Below are positions 56,246 through 64,000 of a DNA stretch of 64,000 nt, piece after piece (the stretch's first letter is position 1; every line of letters starts with the position of its first letter). Both the position numbers and the translations under genes were made by a program. The stretch lies in NCBI RefSeq assembly GCF_009914755.1, contig NC_060926.1; one strand, given 5' to 3'. Origin of the DNA: the human T2T-CHM13v2.0 reference genome, Homo sapiens. The notes below the pieces were generated by a model that did no database searches, was not told where the DNA came from, and worked only from the letters and a program-made list of their open reading frames with translations.

Positions 56246-57939
56246 TATCTGAGGTCCAATATAGAGATATCAAATCAATTTTTTAGTAGCAATGTATAAT
56301 AACACTTAATCTATTTTCAGGATTATTGGGCATAGGCCATGCTCCAAAGGGCTTTATACGTGTTAGCCAAATTATTATGACTTTTCCGTTCTATTCAGGC
56401 AATTTCATAATTCCAAGAACATATCTGATTAGTTTAATATTTAATGTTTGTCAGAGAACTGCCCGTGTTTCCCCAGATCTCCATCCTTTTCAATACCAGT
56501 TACGTTCTGCAGACTATGTAATTGATCTCCCACCCAACATCTAAACATTCCTGGGAAATGGGTGACAGATTGGAGTCCCAGCAATGCTCATAATGAAAAC
56601 AAATTTTAGAGCTCCTTAGCTGGCTGCACTTGGTTTATGTTTTCATTCTCTTAGCTCATGTCCTTATTTATACCAGGCCTGGAAAAAAGGGAAAAAGCCA
56701 AATTCTGAAGCAAAACTTAAGAAATGAGATAAATTCCAGCTGCTTCAGCAAAAGGAAGCAGCTGTATTCGAGCAAAGTAAATGATAAAAACTGGATTACC
56801 CTCCCCTGCTGAAGATCAAAAGAGCTTCAAGATGTTTGGGACAGAAATGGAATTATTTCTTTGATTTGAATTTCAGTTTAGCTTAAAGCATCCTCTGAAA
56901 AGCAGACATTTTAACTTTCATTATCCTCCCACAGAACAAAGACGAGATGGTCTTTTTGAAAAGTGACCTTTAAAAGTGTATGGAGAGGAGAAGATGAAGG
57001 CACTGGACAATTTTCCTCTATTAGAAGTGCAAAAATGTTTATGTACCTCATTGCTAAGTGTGGAATCAATATCATCTTTTTCACATCACCATCATTACAA
57101 TGAGCAACTACCAGTTACAAAGGTTTGCCATGTATCAGTCACTGGGATACACAGATTATATTATGTCTCTATCCACGATTATAGATCGGCACCTCCAACG
57201 TCTGACCCAGCATTGCTCAGGATAATTCTTTGCTTTTCTCCTATTGACCCTCAGTTATCGTCATCAGTTAATTTTTAATTGATCCATGCATTCACTCAGG
57301 CATTCATTCATTCATTTATAAAATTGTTCTGCATCTAATAGGAACTAGACTATGAGCACCTAGTACAGTGTCTAGTAGAGGAAGATACGGTTATACAGAA
57401 AGAATCACAGTGCTAGGAGATACTTGCTTCAATATGGGTGCTCTCAGAAAGGAGAAAGTTGTCATTGCTGCTTAGGAGTTACATGGAAGAGGAGAATGGG
57501 GAGATGCTAAATGTCTTGAGAGAGCAGAAGTTTTCTAGCTTTTGCTCAGAGCTTGATCCTCCTACTGTGCTCCAGAGGCCTTGAATCCTGCTCACACATG
57601 TTGTGGAGGATCCGCCCAGCCTATAGCTACACAGGGCGTCATATATGTATGGCGTGGCTCCTCATTGTAGTTGATTGGACTAGGGGTGAGGCTCTACCTC
57701 AGCTGCATGAATAAGATTTTCTATCTTCTTTAGAGGCTTTTAAGTAATTGACATCGGGACTATCAATGGGGGATAGTGGGCTCTGGGGCCAAAATATCAG
57801 GACCGAAATAATTTCAAGCTAACTTTCTTCCTCGTTTGTATAAATTGTTATTCTTAGGATGGTCCTTGGGATATTGTAGTTGGGTATCCAAATAAATTGA
57901 GAAAATAATTGATCACACGGTTCTAAATAATTAATATAG

Positions 57940-58275
57940 GATATTTTGGGGAGAGTGAGGGAAATTGGAAGCCACGTTAGATGGTATAGTTAGAAAAGGT
58001 CTCTCTGAGGAAGTTGGGACCTGAAAGAAGGGAAAGAATTGATCATGTAAGAAATGAAGGCAAGAGCAATGTAGGCAGTGGCTCATGCACTGTTCTGAAG
58101 GTAGAGCCAGGAGCCTGGAGGAGAGAGTGAAGAGGAGACTGGTGGGAAGAGAGGCCAAGCGGAAATCCAGGACAGATGATAATGAGACCTATAGGCATTT
58201 GATATTTTACTCTAGATGTAATCAGAAGCCATTAATGAGTTTTAAACAGAATGGCAACACTATCTGATTTAAGTA
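57940..58275 (-). mobile_element. L2 fragment
   Basis: tagaaaaggtctctctgaggaag...gacctgaa...ttttactctagatgtaatcagaagccatt...tctgattt. Confidence 0.65.
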
Positions 58276-58464
58276 AAGTTAAATGAATTCATTTCAAGCC
58301 CTCTATGAAAGATCTAGCTAGAGAAATTTCTAGAACTTGGTGGAGGCTAGCAGGATCAAGCTATTGTGCTTCATGTATTTGCTGACTTTACATTGCCCAA
58401 TCTGGCTTTCTTTGAGCCCTGCCCGCCTATTAGATACACAGAATTCAGAAGCACAGGAAGTGAA

Positions 58465-58715
58465 TAACAATAATGGGGATATTTATAGATCACGTTTTAT
58501 GTGCCAGGATATAAATGTTTTAATATAACTTATTTAATCCTTACATACTAGTCCAACTAAATATTAATGGATAATTGGGATTATTACTACCTCCAAGTAA
58601 AGAGAAGTTCTGTAATTTGCTCAGGCATGCAGACAGTAAGCAGTGGAGCTGGGATTCTAATTCAGGTTGGTCTGACTGTAAACCCAAAATATTTAACCAC
58701 ATTTTATCTTGCCTC
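58465..58715 (-). mobile_element. MIR SINE
   Basis: tatgtgccagg...ttatttaatcct...gtaatttgctcagg...gtggagctgggattctaattcagg. Confidence 0.65.
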
Positions 58716-59553
58716 CTGTTCGGTTAGAGTAGGCTGAGACTGTTGAGCCAAATTTAATATTATAATCTCATTTAAGAAGTGAGGCAGTCATGGCCAAGTG
58801 TCAGGTGGTCTTGGCAAGGTCACATAGCAGCAAGTTGGTGGCATGGTCCGAGAGAGGGACTCTGTAGTCATTAGTTCTCACTGACAGTATTGTACTGCAT
58901 GTGCCCTGGTATTCCATAAACTGATGCTAGTTGCTCACATTTTGTAATAAGAATTGTTGGTTTTGTGACACTTATAAGCAAAACAGTCCACTCTTGCATT
59001 AATGGTTTTTCACTAAATAATTAAGAAGGAACAATGAAGGGTCAATTCACTAGTGAATATTTACAAAAGAAAGGAGCAATTCACTAAAGGAGAATTTCAC
59101 TGTATAATTAACAAGGAACAATGACTGTGAGAGGGATGTCAGAGGGTATACAAGGCAAAGGTGGATCAAAATTATGTGGGCTTTGTTTTGTCCAGAATAA
59201 CAGTCAAAACGTGAAAAGAATCCCACAATAAGGAATAGCTCAATACCTTTGATTAATCTGCATCTTTTTCCAGCAAGAAAACACCTGTTGGAATAAGATA
59301 CCCCTTTCCCTATTCACTCGTTTTTTCTTCTATCAACACGAATGAGAAATAACTTTATTTTTAATGCTGTGTAGCTCCTAGGCCTCATCTTCCTATGGCA
59401 GAGGAGTGTTTCATCGTGGGTGTTGAAATGATGCAGGGCCAGTCGTTCTGAGTGTCCCTGGAATAACAGATCTGTAATAAGTTAATAAGTGTTACGTGGG
59501 AAAAAGGGTCCCATGGAGAAAAGGGTTTGGGCAAAACTGAGCTCATTGAGTCA

Positions 59554-59556
<3 letters not shown>

Positions 59557-59621
<65 letters not shown>

Positions 59622-60048
59622 TATATATATACATATATGTGTATATATATACATATATAGACATACATATATGAATGTCTATATATACACATATATGAAT
59701 GTCTATACATATATACGTATATATACATATATGTATATATAGACATTCATATATATGTATATATAGACATTCATATATATATTCATATATAGTATAGAAT
59801 ATATACAGTTCTATATAGAATATATAGTTCTATATATATAGAATATGTACAGTTCTATATATAGAATATGTACAGTTCTATATATAGAATATGTACAGTT
59901 CTATATATAGAATATGTACAGTTCTATATATATAGAATATGTACAGTTTTATATATATAGAATATGTACATTTCTATATATATAGAATATATACAGTATA
60001 TATAGAATATATACAGTTCTATATATATACATACATATATATATATAG
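59557..60048. repeat. Compound AT-rich repeat: pure (TA)n (~59557-59613), degenerate (TA/CA)n, then a ~23-bp minisatellite gaatatgtacagttctatatata (~9 copies, ~59795-60030)
   Basis: Directly visible; exact 23-bp periodicity at 59841, 59864, 59887 and 59910. Confidence 0.95.
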
Positions 60049-61245
60049 AACTGTAGGAAACTTCAGAATCTTTAATATGTATTGTGAATATCAAAGAGCA
60101 GTGTATACTATGTTACATTTCCCAATTATATTTGACCATAGAAACCTTTTCTCAGGGTTTCCACTAAGACTGAGAACTGTAACTGGCTATTCAATCTCTG
60201 ACATAAGTTTTAGGCACCTAATCTGCTTCAGCCAGTCTTACTCTATATCAACAAAACTTGCTCCTGGTTTTGCAGTGAGATTCTCCATCCTTGGTGCTCT
60301 TAATAAGTTTCTTAGCCTTTCCTTATCTCCAGGTCTTTTTCTTTTCAATTTGTATTTGTTTTGTAGTGTCAGTACATGGAAAAAAATAAACAAAATACAG
60401 ATTGATATGGAGGTAGAGAAATATATAGTCTCTGTGTTATACTTTCAGAAACTGTTCGAAGGTATCCACGTTTCCCTTTAGTCCATCACAAGACTTAAAT
60501 TATGTACTTGGAGATTCATTTACATAGCTTCATTAGTATTGCTTAACAAGAATGTCTACTAGCCATTGTTAATGTCTGGTGAATTCAATTCTCTAATTCT
60601 GTTTTCCTCTAAAGGTTTTAGAGATATTCTTTTGAGAAGGCAGGGATTTTGATGAGGGCTGCTGAAGGCTGCTGCATTCTCTTTCTGGAACTTCTCCAGT
60701 CAAATGTCTACTTGCTAGCCATACCCTTCCTTGATACGGATATCCTTGATACCCTGATGCACATTAGTGTATTCCGGAAAACCCTATAGCATACAGCAGA
60801 GGCCTGCACACTCTGGTACTTGATGAGAGTGTTGAACAAGGCAGAAACAACTGCATGTAAATGCACATCATGTTTTGATCCTTTAACCCAACTTGAATGG
60901 TAAGACAGCAAAATCAGTTTGAACACAACTTGATTTCTCACGCTACTCTAAGGTGGCTGGAGTGATGGTTAAAAAGATGCATTTGGACATTATACCTCTT
61001 CCTGGTGGTTGGAATGCTCTTAGGTAGCACAGAACTATATGGACCCTTTAGCCACTGTGAACTTCCTGGCTTCTGGCTCCACTATACCCAGAGAAAGAAG
61101 GAGGGAAAAGAAAGGAGCAAATAAGCATGTGATGGGGGAAGAGCAAAGAATTACCTATCCTATCTCACGGCAACGTTGATTCTCTGTGATGTTGAATCAT
61201 GGAAGGGACTGTCAAATTGAATTCCCATTGCTGTCTTTTAGAGAT

Positions 61246-61709
61246 TGTATTAGGGTTCTCTGGAGGGACAGAACGAATAGGATGGAGATATATATATATA
61301 TATGTATGAATGAATGACTGTATTTAGTATTAACTCACATAATCACAAGGTCCCACAATATGCTGTCTGCAAGCTGAGGAGCAAGGAAGCCCATCTTAGT
61401 TCCAAAGCTGAAGAACTTGGAGTCCGATGGCAGGACACAAGGGCAGGAAGCATCTATCACTGGAGAAAGATATAGGCTGGGAGGCTATGCCAGTCTAGTC
61501 TTTTCACGTTTTTCTGCCGGTTTTTTTATATTCTGGCCATGCTGGCAGCTGATTATATGGTGCCCACCCTGATTAAGAGTCGGTCTGCCTTTCCCAGCCC
61601 ACTGACTCAAATATTAATCTTTTTTGACAACACCCTCACAGACACACCCAGGATCAATCCTTTGCATCCTTCAATCCAATCAAGTTGACACTCAGTATTA
61701 ACCATCACA
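61246..61709 (-). mobile_element. HERV-L solo LTR (MLT2A1-type)
   Basis: tgtattagggttctctggagggacagaac...tgcaagctgaggagcaagg...cttcaatccaatcaagttgacactcagtattaaccatcaca; lacks the extra segment present in the 45351-46501 LTR. Confidence 0.9.
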
Positions 61710-64000
61710 GATACGAACCAAACAGATGAGAGAGATTAAAAAGGACTTGCCCATGGACACTGAGCAGAGTTTGGACAGAGCTCAAGCCTAGTGCCCTGCT
61801 TTGTTAGACCACATTGCCAATGACCTACAGGCTGATGTCAAGTCAAATGGATGGTGGAGATGGGAGAAAATGGGGGCAGGGTGGCCTCTATTCTATGCCA
61901 CCTCTATTATTTCACTGCCCCTTCAGCATTCCCTTTATTCACATAGTTCTTTCCTTTTCTTTTGTCATAAAATGCCCCTCTTCTCTTTCCAGCTGCTGCA
62001 TTTGCTTCTCTTTTTTTTCTTGTTTTATTTCTTCACCCTTTCTTGGATTCCTTTCTCTTCCCACAATTTCACCTAAGCGAAATTGTGTCCTATGCCTTAA
62101 ATGTTTCTCCCCACAGTTGTCAACTACAGTAGCAACTAGTTTTCTTCTTGCTCCTTAGTTGCCTTCAAGGTGGCTGCAAATGGCCATAGAACTCAGCCCG
62201 GCCCCACTCCAGGGAGTGCCTTTCACAGAACCTCAATATGACCAATGCAGCCCTTTGGTCCTATACCAAACCAAGATACTTGGTTTGTGTGTAACAAAAT
62301 GAAAAACAAATGAACAAACTTTCATTAGCTAAGGCAATTGCCCTCCAAGGAGGGAAGCAACTGCATGGCCTTACTGAAGACTTTGTTGGGTTTCATCGAA
62401 CAAAGGTGAGCTGGGGAAGGGTTTTGTTTTCTTAATTGGGGAGTGTTGAATGACACAGCATAATTGACAGAGGAATTTGAACAGAGGAGAGGATGAGAAG
62501 AAGGGGTAGGAGGCTGGACAAGAAAAAAGAAGCCAGTAATTTGCAGTGAAGCTGGTCTTATGGTCAGGTGCAGCTAAGAGAAATTCCCCAAGGTGGAGTG
62601 AACAAAACACACTGAAGACTAGAGATGCATAAAAGTTGTCATGTTAACATTGTCCTGTCTCCACACAAAACTCAAATTCATTGAATTATAATCATATATC
62701 CTTTGGGGATATGTTTAATTGGTTGATTGATCGAATGATCAATTAGAAATTTCTGATAAAGCTAAGTTTGACATTTGAGGAAATTCAGTGCTGAGTTGAT
62801 AAAGCAAGCACATGACAACCAGGAGCCTAGAAACAGAGGTGACCACAAGGACGAGTTTGCTCAAGAATTGCAGGAAATTTTGGGGGAGAGGATGGGAGTA
62901 TGTGCAGATGTTTTAGACCTGCCCTGGGCATGAAACAGGGATTGCAGCTGATTTTATCTACATTTCTAGGGGCCACGGTACCCTGGTCAGCATCTGGTTT
63001 ACACATATGTAATCAGAGCACTCCTGGGTTTCCCTAAACAATAACATAGCATCTGCTTCTCATAAGCGGCTCAGAGAGAAGGTCAAAGAGGCTCTTATCC
63101 AACGACAATGGCATGTTTACTGTTCATTTAGAAAGAAGGCCTTGGAAAAAATTAAATGGATGAACTTGTTAATATAGCAAATGTGAAAAACCTGAGAAGA
63201 GCCTCTTAACTCCAGAGCTCATTGCCAGCTGGCACATGGCAGTTGCCTGAAGACTCAGAGAAAGGCTGGCCTGGAAGGAAGATTAGCAACCATTTCCATT
63301 CATAACTGAACAGGGGTGCCAGGTAGGAAAAGTGCTGACTTCTACAATGGGAAGACACTTCTCCTAATGAAATAAAATAGGATCTTTTTTTTTTTTCCTG
63401 GAGTTGACCCAAATGGCTCTGTACTCAGTATAACCACCATCACCCTTTCTCTGAGTAAAATAACTGCTGGAAAGCTGATTTGGGTTAGAGTGCTGGCAAG
63501 TAGGACTCAGTGGCCCCAAATATCTTCTACTTCAGAGCAATGAGAAAATTTCTAGCAAAGAGGGTATCATTAAATAAAAATGTCTACCATTAAGTACCTT
63601 AGTCCATTTATGTACTAGGTGCTGTGCTAAGAACATGGATCACATGCATCGTTTAATTAAATTTAATTCTCAACACAGATATTATTTATGGCTAGGAGAA
63701 GTCCTGTGGTTTTCCCCAACTTGAGCGAATCTTGACTTGGGCCTTTGGGATTGAGTAAAAGCAATGTGTCATCATCACTGTTGATTGATTAAATATCAAT
63801 GTCATTTTTTACTGCAGTGTCCCAGCTCAAAGAACAAATATCACACATTTTATAGCTGGTGAGGTATCAGATTTTTTTTTAATACGGACTTCTTTATTGA
63901 TTACTTCTGATGCCCTTGAGACAAAACTAGAGAAGTAGGAAAAACCCTAATATTGGGACACAGCCAGGAAACTTGGGGTATGTAACTTTGGATAAACTAA

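Noticed and set aside
59385-60481. Tyr-Ile-rich ORFs, and a CRISPR-like reading of the 23-bp repeats
   Set aside because: The ORFs are translations of (TA)n. The repeats are head-to-tail with no unique spacers, in a primate genome with no cas genes.

Overview
This is primate (human-like) intergenic or intronic DNA, dominated by transposable elements. I find no intact protein-coding gene, RNA gene or CRISPR array, and no multi-gene novel system. Main contents: a processed pseudogene of the KRAB zinc-finger gene ZNF19 (~10.1-11.1 kb) copied from a KRAB-A-exon-skipped mRNA; a near full-length HERV-L provirus (39208-46501, minus strand, 5-bp TSD GTTAG) with an LTR9-like solo LTR inside its 5' LTR; a full MaLR provirus; a twin-primed (5'-inverted) L1PA3-like insertion with a 16-bp TSD; five Alus; and many old L1, L2, MIR, LTR and DNA-transposon relics. 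The structure the repeats do not explain is a series of locally templated duplications of different ages: a 287-bp 99%-identical inverted copy inside HERV-L gag, a 141-bp inverted copy of neighbouring L1ME inside a younger L1PA, a 36-bp exact copy plus scrambled filler inside a MaLR LTR, a 30-bp duplication around a palindrome, and a minisatellite built from its own inverted flank. There is also a ~630-bp non-repeat inverted duplication bracketing the HERV-L. It carries a ~237-nt exon-like unit with splice sites in both arms, and has a third older partial copy. Repeat family and subfamily names are from recalled consensus sequences, not from a search.
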